A stretch of 64,000 bases of DNA, from contig MU058636.1 in assembly GCA_013265495.1 (NCBI GenBank), forward strand, positions 7,518,295 to 7,582,294, written 5' to 3'. The DNA comes from Vicugna vicugna. Its lineage: Eukaryota. The position numbers and the translations under genes are program-made. Positions 13,501 through 26,600 of the stretch are shown here, piece after piece (within the stretch, counting starts at the first letter, position 1; each line of letters starts with the position of its first letter). Below the pieces are notes generated by a model. The model did not search any database and had not been told where the DNA came from. It worked only from the letters and a program-made list of their open reading frames with translations.

Positions 13501-14949
13501 AGCCTGTGTTGAGTCAGCTGGAAGGTATTCCTCCACAAGCTCCCACAGGAGGAGACAGCAGACGTTTGTCCTGACTGCTGGAGGTTCTTCATTGGCTAAG
13601 GGTCGTGACTTATAAATTCCAGCTACAACATCACTTGTCTTCAGTCTGAAAATGAGCTAATCTCCACTCTTCATATTATTAAAGCTGGCTGTCACCTCCT
13701 TTAGGATTCCTTTAAGCTCCAAATGTGGCGTGTTCAAACGTATCTTAAGGGAGGGCTCTGAGTGTTATATTTCATTTTTTCCAGAGTATAAACTTTCTTA
13801 TTGAAAACTCTGGAAATGAAAATTCACTATTTGAGGGTTACAGTAAAAGTTGGGAAATATTCAAATGTATATTGAAACTTCTGAAACTAAACTGCGTTAA
13901 ATTACATGAAAGATATTATTGGTGGAATAAAAATCATAAAGTGCCTTCTGGATATTTTATTTTATGAGCCTATCACAGAGATATGCAGCAATATTTCCTA
14001 ATCTACCTGGGAGGCGCTAGTTTAAGATGATTTTGATAGTGCTATGAAAGGCAAGAAAAAAGATTCCCAAAGGCACATATGGATCATTCTTCCATGGAAG
14101 TCTTTTATAATATAATAGTACATTTTTAAAAAAGCTTACTGAAAATAAAATCTGAAAGTCTATGTTAGGCCTATGGAAAATGTCAAGTCAAATTTAAAGC
14201 AACAGAAAGATAAGATGAAGAAAAAAATCAAGAGATCCAAATTTTTTTTAATTTAAGACTGCTATAATTGAAAACCAGAGAAACTAAAATTAAAAGAGGA
14301 AAACAGACTGAGGACCTATAATACAACAGTGTGTTAATATAATGTGTGAAGCTTATTCTAATTTACAAAAATACAAGGTGCTAAAATAGAATAAAAATGC
14401 CACTAGGGACATCATAAACTGACACCAACCTTTTTGGAAAGCAACACAGCAAACTATTTGGAGCCATGAAAATGTTTCTTCTCATTGCTAAAAAAATTTC
14501 CCTAAGGAAATAACAGAACAACAAATAACAAAACTGCATCAAGTACAAATAGCACTAGCCATGAAACCTAAACATTTTAAACAGCCTCCTAAACTCTCAA
14601 GAATGGGTATAATACCTAAAAAGACTCCCAAGTCATGAGCTTGTCTTCAAAGAGCTTAGAAAGCAAGATGCGCATTTGGAAAGATTCCACCACAAGACAA
14701 TAAGTGATCTTTGCTAACTAAGTGGTCCAGGAAGTCCTAATTCAGAGAGGAAAAAAAAAATCATTTCCCACTTTCCACTGCACAATGGATGAAGAAGAAA
14801 TGGAATTCACGCTGGCCCTGGAAGCGAGGGTGAGGTTTTCATTAGCAGAAGAGGACAGCATTTCAGAAAAAAATAAAATAATACACTCTACTGAACAGTA
14901 CAGTAAAGGGGGGAGTCTGTATGATACTATTATGTTTCAGTATTATTTC

Positions 14950-15690
14950 TCAAAAAATAAAACAGAAATGGTTCCATGGACACATAAGTTAGAGCAAGAC
15001 TAGGGCAGGCTACAAAATCAAAGTTTTTATGCACAATCAGAACCGGGTTTTAGAAAGACCACACTGGCCGTGGAGTGAAGGAAGGGCTGAAGGTATGACC
15101 TGGGGAGTCAGAAGTCAAGATACTATTTTAAAAGCTATTCTAATAATCCAGGAGGGGAGAGGGAGAACTGACCCTCACACATCTGCAACAGGAACAGAGA
15201 GGAACGGATGCTTTGAGGAGTGCTTAGCAGGCAGAATTAGTTGACTGGATTGCAGATTTGGCAACTGACTGGATGTGGGGCTCATGGGAATATGAGCCAA
15301 TGACAACAATGAAATGATGGCGCACTGAAATTTTATTTTGGCCAACTTCCCACATATCACAAAAATCAAAAATCAATCCAAACACCAGTTTGGATTAGAT
15401 GGTAAGGAAGGAAATTAATTTGGTTGTGCACATATTGAACTTGAAGTTCCTAGGAGCCAACCAGATGGAAATTTCCAGCCAGCAGTTAGAAATACAGGTC
15501 TAGAGGATGAGAAGGAGATGCACGTGGTAGCTGCAGCTATGGGAACGGATAAGTGGATCAGAGAGACCCCATCCAGCTGGACAAGATGAAATCCAGGGCA
15601 ACGCCAGTGCTTAAAGAGTGCCCAGAGGTGGAGGAGCCACTGAAGGGAACCGGGAGAAACCAGGTGCCTGGAACCATGGAAATGAGCCAT
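14950..15690. mobile_element. Degenerate L2 LINE fragments
   Basis: Purine-rich L2-like motifs (ttttagaaagaccacactggcc, gcagatttggcaactgactggatgtgggg, gaacttgaagttcctaggagcc...ccagatggaaat). Confidence 0.55.
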
Positions 15691-16869
15691 GCTATGTCGC
15701 CTGTAATCCTCACCACAATTCTACCAGCTAAGTATAAATACACCTTTTCTCACAGGCACACCGAGGCACAGGGAGTTAGGTGGTTTTGCCAAGGCCACCC
15801 AGCTGGCACAGGTGGAACCAGCATTCAAATGTAGGTGGTCTGACTGCAGAGCCATGACTTCAGCCTGACACCAGGCACCCTCAAGAGGGCACCCACCTTC
15901 CCCTACTCAAAGAGAGAAGGGACGCTGGGAGGCGGGGGAACACAAGGAAAGAGAGCTGCTGAGCCCAGTAATGGGAGACAAGCCAGAACAAGGAAGGGGC
16001 AGGAGCAGGACCACTGAGAGAAACACAGTAAAGACTGGGTTGTATTCCAGGTGTAAACAGGAGAGCAAAGTGCAGCACAAAATGGTTTGTCGGTGGCCTG
16101 CTTTATAGGCAGGAAAATTGGGTTGAAGACCATTATAGGGGGCCCACGTGTCTAAAGCACCTGCTGTAAAAGAGGCTGTAATGAGAATGTAAAGCGCAGG
16201 CAAATACAGAGTCTATAGAAAGAAAAGAATAAAACAAAAACTAAGATATGTATTTTTCTCTTAGAAGCCTACATAGCACAGGGAAGAGATGGCAAGAGTC
16301 CAGTGGCAGGAATATGAGGAGCTATTATGTTATTATCTTCAGCTTTTTTGCATCTTTCAAATTTTTCTATAATGCTCACTGTATAAACATGTGTCAATCC
16401 TTCAGTAAAAAACGAAAAAAAAATTTTTAAATAGTACTGAGAACTTGAAAATTACAATAACGGAGAAGAGGGAACAAACTGAAGAAATGCCTGAAGCAGA
16501 ATCAACAGCATCTGGTGACGACTTAGATTCATGGGATGAAGAGAAAGAAAAGTCAAGGGTGATGTTAAAGGAGATGGTGACGCCGTTTAACAAGATCCAG
16601 AGGTGAGAAGAGGCGTGGACTGTGTGCAACATCACAGAATGGGTTCACGTTTACACGTGCTGAGTCTGAAAGGACTTGGGATTAAAGTACAGGGTGGGTA
16701 CATCCTGGAGGCTGCAGTGCTGAAGGAAGGTCTGATTTGGGACCAGTTGGCCTTAAAAGAGTGGTTAAAACAATGGGGTTGGTGACGTCATCGTAGATGA
16801 ACCAAAGACAGGAAAGTGGAGGGACCTGTGTTTAAAGGCGAGGCAAGTAAAGAGTAAAAGAGAAAATCA

Positions 16870-18480
16870 CCATTTGAACACCTTAAAAAAAAATCACTGC
16901 TACAGGCAAAATTCACCGAGACATGTAAAAATTCCTGGGCAAAAGTTTAAGAAGAAACAAGATATTTACATAGCTTCAAAGTTCCTCCCCAAAATATTCG
17001 TCAACTACAAAGGGAAAAAGAGTAACTTTAGAGTGAAGATAATTGGCAGACACTTCCTCACAGTTACCGTCCCCAGCAGCGGGACACAGCAACACCACGT
17101 GTCCCTGAAATGATGCCCTAAGAAGGATGCAACTTCCTTCCATAGAATTCCTGCCACAAATGCAGAACATCAATCTAATCACTGGGTGACCCCAAGCTGA
17201 AGAACATTCTACAAAATAACTGGCCAGTACTCTTCCACTGTCAAGTCATTAAAGACAAAGGAAAACTCAAGAACTGTCACAGCTTGCAGGACATGAAGGA
17301 CACAGGACAGCTAAATGCAATCTGTGATCCTGGAACCCCCCCCAAAAAAAAGCCATTAGTAGAGAAATTGATGAAAGCCAAATAAAGCATGTAGTTTAGT
17401 TGTTAGAATTGTTCTCAAGTCCGTTTTTACTTTTGATAATTGTACCACAGTGTGTAAGATGCTCCCTCATGGGAAGCTGGGTCAAGACTCCTGGCAGGGG
17501 AGTAGGGGAGCAGTAATAGCTCAGTGCATGTGCTTAGCATGTGCTAGGTCCTGGGTTCAGTCCCCAGAACCACCATTAGAAAAGGGGGGTATATGACACT
17601 TTCTATCTTTGTGACAATTTTATTATGTCCAAATTAATTTTAAAATAAAAACTTTTAAAGATGAGGCAGGTAGCCTGGAAAAAAATAAAACTGAATTCCC
17701 TACCTCACATATTACACTAATACAACTTCCATTAGAATATTTTTAATGAAAACATAAAAATACTAGAAGAAAATGAGAGCAACGATTTTATAATCTCAGA
17801 GAACACAGAACCCAAGAGTCACGAAAATCAAGCCATAAATGAATAGACTGATTCATTTGATTATATAAATTGTTTGTAGGTCTGCATGGCAAAAAAAAAC
17901 ACCACACAATAACCAAAGTCACTAAAGGACAATCTGGAAAAAAAGAAAATCTGAAATTAGTATCACAAAGGCTAATTTCTTTAAAAGAAAAAAAATCCTA
18001 TAAGTCAATCAAAAAAAAGACCCCAACTGGGTAGAAAAATGGTCACAAGCTATGAAGAGACAATACATATGGAAAGATGAAAATTAAAGCTATAAGAGGA
18101 TCCATGTTTTTCTTTTCCTAACAGATTGGCAAGTGACAAAACATTTGGTAACACGTTGTCTTGTAGAAAAACAGCCACTCTCATACATCACTAATGGGAG
18201 TATCAACTGGTACCACTTCTACGAAGAGGGATTTTGCATTAGCTCTTAAAAATGTAATGCCTGTACCTCTCCATTCAGCAATATTACTTCTAGGAATTTA
18301 TCCTACAGATACTCTCCTGCATGATTGGAGAATGTACATCCAAGGATATTCCCTGAAAAACTGTTTCTAGTAACAGAGGACTGAACATAACCTAAAGGTA
18401 CATCGGTGAAAGACTGGTTAAATAAATTATGGTATAAAGGGATACTATGAAGTCAGTAAAAAGATCTCAGTGGTTCCAGA
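16870..18480 (+). mobile_element. Old L1 (L1MC/L1ME-type) 3' fragments
   Basis: Degenerate L1 3' UTR and ORF2 C-terminal motifs (acattctacaaaataactggccagtactcttc; cagcaatattacttctaggaatttatcctacagatact). Confidence 0.65.
17500..17583 (+). mobile_element. Degenerate tRNA-Ala-derived SINE head (Vic-1-like)
   Basis: atagctcagtg...tgcttagcatgtgctaggtcctgggttcagtccccagaaccacca, homologous to the copy at 35127. Confidence 0.65.
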
Positions 18481-18571
18481 CTTGTGTTATGATACACTGT
18501 TAAGTGCACAGAGCATGGTGCTGAACTGTGAGCACAGTATGGTAACTGAAGGGCAAAATACATGTATATTC

Positions 18572-18770
18572 TTTTTTAAAAAATTTTTAAACAACTTTAT
18601 TGTGGTGTAATTTCTATAAACTACATATATTTCAGATGTACAATTTGATGAATTTTGATAGGTGTATATACCCATGAAACCACCACCACAATCAAGATAC
18701 CTATCGTTTCCATCACTCCCCAAGAGGTGCAAATTTTGAACTCCCAATTTATCCCTTCCCATCCCCTTTT
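18572..18770 (-). mobile_element. L1MB-type 3' end fragment
   Basis: T-rich tail, then caactttattgtggtgtaattt...gtacaatttgatgaattttgata...ccaccacaatcaagata. Confidence 0.6.
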
Positions 18771-19359
18771 ATATCTTAACATGCACTGGTATTTCCGAGG
18801 GGATGGAAACTCAAAAAACTAGTAAGCTGTTGGCCACAGGAGAATTTTGGAGAGGCATGTTTTACAGTGATTCAAAACTTAATTTAAAAAATTTAACACA
18901 GCAGAGAGAGGCATAGCTTCCTCTATGCTCCTCTCTCTCTCTCTAATTCTCTCTGCAGTGAATTAGAGGGGGAAAAAGTAGATAACACCACGTCAGGGGT
19001 AAGGAAAACTGCCTGTAGAGCTGGGTGACCTGGAAATCACGGCTGGAGAGAGATTCCCTAACCAAGGGGTGACGTGTGGGTTTATTCCTGAGCGGGTAAT
19101 TTGGATGGGGATTTGGGAAAAGCCCTTGCACTGGGGCTTCAGCGTCAGGAAGTGTCCGCAGTGGTGAGAGGAGGGGTGTCACTGCGTGTGCTGGAGCTGA
19201 GAAGAGGGATTTGTTTCTCCTGCAACAAGACCTCAGGTACAGATTAACGTATTTCTATCCAGAAGATAACAGACTTGCGTAGTTTTTATCCTAATGCTCA
19301 AAGGAAATGCTCTGGTCCTCTCACAGCCACATTTGTACATGATGTTAAAAGAATGCCTA

Positions 19360-19730
19360 TCTGAGACAGTACAGAGATCAGTGGTTGTCAGGGTTTAGGA
19401 GCAGGGAGGGATGAACAGGCAGAGCACAAAGGATTTTTGGGGCAGTGAAACTGCCTTATTATGTATGCTACTACAGCCATGGATACACGTCATTATACCT
19501 TTGTCCACATCCACAGAACGTACAACACCAAGAGTGAGCCCTAATGTAAACTATGGGCTTGGAGCGATAATGATACGTCAATGGAAGTTCATGGATTGTA
19601 ACAAACGTACCCCTCTGGTGATAATGGAAGAGGCTGCTCATCCGTAGGGGGCAGGGGGTAGATGGGAAATCTCTGTACTTTCTGCTCAGTTTTGCCGCCA
19701 ACCTACAATTGTACTAAAAATAAAAGTCTG
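19360..19730 (+). mobile_element. L1MC-type 3' end
   Basis: agatcagtggttgtcagggt...gatgaacaggcagagcacaaaggattttt...acaacaccaagagtgagccctaatgtaaactatgggctt...gggaaatctctgtactttctgctcagttttg...aaaaataaaagtct. Confidence 0.8.
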
Positions 19731-20969
19731 TTCAAAAGCGTGGGGGAGGGGAATGCCTAGTCCTCCACACACATCACTGATGCTTGAGCATCTGACAAAG
19801 AAAAATCAGTCAGTCGGTGCTCGGGATTTATATTACAGCTTTCATCTAAGAGTTCAAAGGTTTTAAATGTTACCCCTTCATCTATCCTCACAACCTCTGC
19901 ATACCTACAGCAGAATACAAACAGTGTAAAAGTGGGTAAAAAGAGGCAATATTGGGAAAATGAGGCCAAGTCTCAAGGTGAATCACTTGCAGAAATAGGC
20001 TTGCAATTCAACTTTCCTTATTAAGCATCATGATTTTTTTTAAACATATAAAGGCCATTTTGGATGCAAACAAGAGTATCATCCATTATCCATTTTCAAG
20101 CGTATATGTGTGCATGTGTGTCTGTAAACACACATGCACAGACACACATACAATCATGCGTACGTTCACACATCCACACACTCTCTCATGCATTTTTTAC
20201 TTCAGGCTAAGAGCCAGCTCTAGCAACATTTTTAAGCCAAATCTAATAATCTGTGCATTGTAATAATACAACAGAGCAAAGGACCATGAGACCATTATAA
20301 ATAAACTCACAAATGTCATTGTCAGAATTTCTAGTCTGAGATAAGTGAGAAAGAACAAACCTACAAAAAACAAGTTCAAGTTAAATATACTTGTCACTGC
20401 ACACACTAAAAGGATTTAATTTAAAACTCAAACATCATCATATTGGAAGGGGAAATGAGAAGCTAATAACATGCACTGACGTTTACATAAAATTAGTATG
20501 TAAAGTGGGAGCCATGAACCTAATGATGAATATGAAGCAACGGTTTGCATTTTATCAGACTAAGCAAAAACATAATTGACAAAGAGGCAAATCTAAATGA
20601 ATTCCCAGCTATTTCAACACTAAGTGCAGCTGCATGCTAATCGTCAGTGTTATAAATCAAAAAAAAAAATCTGTTGAAACTGAAAAAAAAAATTTAAATG
20701 CAGGCAATAAGGGAACATACCTACTTTATTGAAGTTACCCTTCATTTAATCAGGAAAAAGGTATTTTTTCCCAAAAAGGAATTTTTTGACATCAGAATAT
20801 TCAATCTGCAATTACTTCATACTGACTGAGGAGAAAAGTGTTTGCAGGCAAACGAAAATATTAAAGTCTTTCTGGGAGCAGTATCTGTCACTCTCGGAGT
20901 TAAGTCAAGGTCACAGACATTTGTATTCAAGAAGAAGCTAATACAATAAGATTTCATTTAAAAGCCACT

Positions 20970-20973
<4 letters not shown>

Positions 20974-21011
<38 letters not shown>

Positions 21012-21085
21012 CTGAATCACTTTGCTGCGCACCTGAAACCAAGATAGCATTGTAAATCAACTAACTATACTTCAATTTTAAAAAA
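20974..21085 (+). mobile_element. Short L1 3' terminus carrying a (CA)n microsatellite, with TSD
   Basis: (CA)~17 followed by actgaatcactttgctg...acctgaaac...cattgtaaatcaact...atacttcaat. Flanked by aaaagccactaag (20960-20972) and aaaaaccactaag (21081-21093). Confidence 0.7.
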
Positions 21086-21114
21086 CCACTAAGAACACCC
21101 TACTCAGTATCTTA

Positions 21115-21350
21115 TTTGAGGCAGTTACTGGCTCAAGCTCTGGCACCAGCCTTCCTGGGTTTAAATTCTAACTACCGTTTCTTGCTGTGTGACTCTGGGC
21201 AGATCACTTACCCACACTGTGCCTCACTTTTCTCATCTTACTGTGTAGATGATAACAGTACCTACCTCCTAGGATCACTGTGAGAATGAAATGTGTTCGT
21301 ATATGCAAGACGCACACTCAGTAACTGTGAGTCATCAGTATTATCCTCAG
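21115..21350. mobile_element. MIR SINE
   Basis: MIR core: ctgtgtgactctgggcagatcacttaccc...ctgtgcctcacttttctcatct...gataacagtacctacctcctagg. Other MIR relics lie near 1820-2030, 2190-2320, 6490-6900, 23940-24060, 24520-24710, 30620-30800, 35430-35630, 42260-42470 and 56830-56990. Confidence 0.75.
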
Positions 21351-23247
21351 TCAGGACAGCAGTCTCTCTCAGCAGGTGTTCTTTTGTGTTAAAAAACTGA
21401 CAAAGATGGTGACAAGCATGCCATGATTTTGCTGTTCTCTGAATATAAAGTACTGTCATCTCCCACTTCTCACTCCCTCTCCTTGGTGGACGGGAATCAT
21501 GGGAATATCTCTGCCACTTCTGAGTAAAGATCGATTTTGGGTAAGAAACTGACTAAAGATGTTTTCTCTCCCATAGATGTTGCACAAATGATACTAGAAG
21601 AGAGGGCGCCAACCCCCGGCTGTCTTAGAATTGCTCTGAGATCCTGGCATATTTTCCCTACAACACCATCAGCCCTCAAAGGGATTGTTGAGGGACTGTC
21701 AGTCATGTAACTGACGCTGCACTTAATCTTTATTCAGATTCCTTGGTATATCGCACCGAATTACTTATTATCTATTTTTCCAAGGTTGTGAAAAAGACAG
21801 GGCACAAAAATCAAAGCTAATAGAGAAATAGTTTATGTTCATTCTTCCCCTTTAATTTACTGGAAGTTCCAGCATCTGAATAGAAGGAAAAAGGCCAAGT
21901 CTACAGGCATCTTGGCAGGGTGACGAGCCATCGAAAAGAGACGTGAATTCCCACAAAATAAACACACCAAATGCAGGCTCCTCCCCACCCTCTCAAGTGC
22001 AGTCATAACTGTGACTGGACTGGCATCCCTGCCAAGGGACCAAGGGAAGGGAAATGGGAGAAAGACACAGAAGCTCTCAGCCTTGACTCCCATACAAACG
22101 CTGGTGCAAAGGAGGACGAGAGGCTTGCCTGTGTGCAGTCAGGGCGTGCAGCCCTCAGCACCCAGACAGACAGCAGGGGAGTGAAGATGGACTCAGGGTG
22201 ACTTCAAGCTCTCCCCACACTGCAAACTTCCTTTCCAGAGCCCCTCTGTACCATCTCTTCCTTCATCGGGACCTGGGGGACTTGATCTTAGAAAAATCTA
22301 CTCTCCAAAGAGGACTGGCTATCCTCGTTTCTATCTCAGCATGAATTTAATCCCCAAGTCATTTCACTTCTGATGATCTCTAAGGTGATTTGGAGACTTT
22401 ACACCCAACTCAAACGGGGTTGGTCCTAAGACAAGTGTATTCCAGAGGATTCTGCTCACACAAGACACCAGGCCTCACTCGTGGACCCAAATAGTCCTAT
22501 TTCCACATGAAATGTCTAAAATAGATAATGCCTGTTAACCTAAGTTAAACTTAACAAAAATAAACTGAACAGATTAATTCCTTTATATCCTCAAATTCCA
22601 CAGAAAGATAGCAAAACTTCCAACTTAAAATTAGTTAAATTTTAAAATAAGTTTAAGATTTACATTTATCATATTGGAAAGAAAGGCCAGCAAACTTAAT
22701 TTTTGGTCCGGCATCACTACTATCTTACCATGTAACCATAGACCTATGTCATTTGAATTTTCAGGGCCTCATTCTCCAGTGATAAAATTAATAGGTTTGA
22801 TCCCTATCGAAGGATCCTTTCAACTCTAAAATTTCATGTTCCATTAGTTATTCTCAGCTCAAGTACTTTCAGACATGTGATAGCAAAAGTTCAATTTGCA
22901 ACTAGAAATGAATATGAACTATGCGATTAAAGATACAAAAATGGATTTTTAAAATTAATGCAGCCTGGGTGTGAGAACAAATAGAATATTGTAGAATTAA
23001 GACCCTTTTTCCTTTAGCCATTATAAGCTACCTGATCTAATACCATTAGTTATTTTTTTTCTTTTTACACTACAGTACAGCAGAGTGAACTCTCAAACGT
23101 GAAACAGTAAGGATCTCAGCCACAAAGCTGAAGGCTACCTCTTAGAGATGGGCGGGGGGTGGGGGGAGATGGCTAGCATAATATGGATGTGTGGGAACTG
23201 AGACCACGCCCTCTAGGGTCACGTGGGAGTTAACTGGCAGCGCTCAC

Positions 23248-23623
23248 CTTCCAGCAGCTGGTCCAGGCTGGAAATCTTCTTGAGCCCATCTATGGTGTAG
23301 ATTGTTCTCACCCCCTGGGGCAAATTCACGTTATCCGACAGAGTTCGGGTCAAATCTGCCAGCAGGGCCTCGAAAGAGCGGAAGCGGTCTGGGGAGATGG
23401 CGTACACAATCCCTTTGAAGTATCGATCTCCGTTTCGATAGAAACGAACTTTCTTGGCCTTCTTCTCGGAGCTGAGGGTCTGCAGCGTGCGGGTTCGGTA
23501 GAAGCTGCAGTGGGCGCTGTGCGTGGGGCTGGGCAGCCCGTTCACCCGCGACCCTCTGCTGTATCTCTGCGCCTTATCCCGCTCATCGAAGTGCTCCAGC
23601 TCCATGTCTCTGCCGAAGGACAT
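23248..23623 (-). CDS. DCLK1: DCLK1 first coding exon (exon 2): N-terminus and most of the first doublecortin (DCX) domain
   Basis: Translates [125 protein letters not shown](G), the recognisable DCLK1 N-terminus. The acceptor ...tgcctcctAG| starts the exon at 23642 (19 nt UTR). Donor |GTGAGC follows 23248. 376 coding nt, phase 1. Confidence 0.98.
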
Positions 23624-26600
23624 GACGGGGTGCAAGCTGAATCTAGGAGGCACAAAACAAAAGCAGAGACGCGGACACTGATGTTATTTTAACATCGCGG
23701 CTTGTGAGCAGCTGGCGGAGATACTGCTGTAACTGATGATATGTTTAATATGCGTTATCAAGGCGGGAGAGAAGGACGAAGAAATAGAGGAGGCCGACCC
23801 AGCGGAAACAGCTTATTAACCAACCCCACTTATGTGAGAATACAGCTGTAGGCACTGACCGCCTACAATGGGAGGCTTTGAACAGCTCTTATTTCCAACA
23901 GTCACAAAAAAAAAAAAAACCTTCAAAATATTATTGTATTATTAACCCTACTTACAGATGAAGAAACTGAGGCACAGAAAAATCTCTCCAAGTAATACGG
24001 TTGAGAAATGCCTGAACCAAGAACTCTGACCCAGGTTTGCCAGACTCTGAGGCTCCCTGCAGGGCCCTGTGCTAATCCTGGTGGTGAGTAGGAAATGGGC
24101 TTTCTTATCACTATGGGGCTAAGATACTGCGGTTGTGGTGGGCCAGGAAACCAGAGGGCAGGGAGCATTTAAGAGTCAGACTGTAAGCATTTCACCCAGT
24201 GTTTGTGCTCCTCGTGGCCGGACAGAGAGCAAATAGAATCAATCTGTAGATTCGACCAACTTAAAAGAGATTTTCCAACATATTCAATTGAAAAAAATTT
24301 TTTAAAGGTGGATTCACCATAACTGACAATGCTTATTTACATTTAATGCTTCAGATGAGATGGATTTTAAAAAGGAGGAAGGGGGGTGGTAGGAAAAGAA
24401 GGAGAAGGAAAAGAAGTAGAGCAGCAACAAGAAGAAACAGAAGGGATGGAAGTTACTTCCTCTTTGGAGCACTTGGCCTTTCCTTCCACTAAGGCTCTCT
24501 GTCTTTGTGGTTGAGGACATCAGGCTTAAAGATGTTGATCCTGACTTGAGAAATGTACTTGATCAACCTCTTTAAGCCTCGATTTCCTTCATCACACATG
24601 GGAAAGATATCTACTTCAAAGTCAACGTTAGCTATTAAATACGTTAACATGCATGAAGCACTTAGGGTAGGGTCTAGCCTGTGATAAGCATTAATGTTTT
24701 TTATTAATAAATCTGATGTTGCATTCCTAACTCTGTCACAGAAAGAACTGGTAGGAACAGGATCTCCCCCTTCTGGTAAGGGAGGCTCCTGGTGAGCCCT
24801 CCTGATTTCCACCTCGCGACCTTCTGAAAGGGACCCCTGCACCCCCACCGTCCCCATCTGACTTTCTGTGGAGCTCAACCATCAGCAGGCTGCTGCTGGG
24901 ATCAACTCATCCTTGCTCAGGGGTTGATAAAGGCTTGTGCTGTTGGCCCTTGCAGGGGATCTGTGTTTGAACAGGACAATCTAGAAAGTGGGAAAGCCTC
25001 AGCATTTGAATGGAAGATGTTTTAATGAGAAAATTCAGTCATGTAGAAATAGAATATGAGGGAAATGGAAAAGTGGGGGCAAGAACCTTATGAGTGCCCC
25101 CCAAATCCCACCCCAAGGATGATGTCGCCTTTCTGAGGGTCAGTCCAAACCAACTGAAGTTACCACCAAGCCTCCTTGACATTTCCTTCCCCTCAGTAAA
25201 CTGACCTCTAATCCACTCAAAGTGGCTAAAAATTCATGCTCCAAAGCTTCATGCATGGCTAGAGCCTATGCACGCCTGAAATGAATGAAGCGGGAAAGGC
25301 TCGCGTTTATTGAATGTCTGTAATGTGCCTGACACTATTATGCAGTGATCAATTGTTGTGTAACATGCTAACAATTCTCTTCTAAACCCCATGACAAGCC
25401 AAAGAAGGACGTAACATTATTGTGACTGAGGGTAAGGATATGCCAGGGTCCCGAAGTCATAACTGAGGGCCTTGGGACTTGAACCCATTTTCACTCCAAC
25501 TGACTCTCAGGATGGCCCTCCCTCCTTTCAGACCCGAGCACCGTGTCCTAGAGGCCTAGCCCGCACCCCACTTCCCCCGCCCCCAAGACTGGCCCCTCCT
25601 TGCTCGAAAAGTAGGGTTTTTAAAGCCTCACTCCTAACTAGCTCTGTGACCTTCACCTCTGGTGAAGACCTTGCTGCAGGGAGACCAGGCAGTGGTCACC
25701 AGGCCTCCAGTGTCGTCACCTGTTGACCCTGATGGGGGAGGGGGCGGAGGAGTGAGACGTAAATCTGGAGGCATTATTAGTTCAACGTATTTTTTTCCTC
25801 CAAACATGAAAACTACCTCCTGCCACTTAACAACTAATAATAGTCTCAATTTGCACTTTCCAGAAAAAAAGTATACCGTATATAGGTAGGTAGGAAATGG
25901 TTTCATTGATTTTGAAGTTAGGTAAATTCATAACAATTATCAGTTGATATCCAATCCTTCAGACAGCTATGAATTGAGTAACAGAACCAATATGTTGCCC
26001 ATGACATCTAACTGCTCCTATGCTTTTTATTTATTTGTTTTTAAAAGGAGCTCTTTTGTCTTCCAAAAGGGGTATGTGTTTTGGGGGATGACACCGCCAG
26101 TACTTAAGTATCTGTGCCATCTCACTAAGCTCTTCAAACTCCATCAATTAAAAAGGCCAGATTGGCTGTTGAAGGTTTTGCTTTATTTTAAAGGTAGTAC
26201 CCATTCTTCTAACCCTAGGGGCTTCCTCCCAAATCTATACAAACCAAAAAAACAAGCCAGACCTTAGCAAAGGAGGGAACAATTGTGCCACCGGAGTGCA
26301 AATCTAGTTCCAAAGGGCTCATGCTGATTCATAATTTGCAAAGACCAAATAATTCAGCAATTGTTGGAATTCCCTTGAGGGGACAGGCTTCTAGAACCAA
26401 GAATTCCACACCAAGTGAGAAAAAAAAAAGATCAATTTAAAATAGAGACAAGTGGATTTTGTTTTATTTTCTTTGAAAATTCCCCAAACTAGATCATATG
26501 TTCAACCCGGGCAGGGACCACATCTTTTACCTTCCTTCACTGAGCCTGCCCAAAAGTAGGTAATGATGTTGGTGACAAAGAAAAACCACATTCAAAGTGA

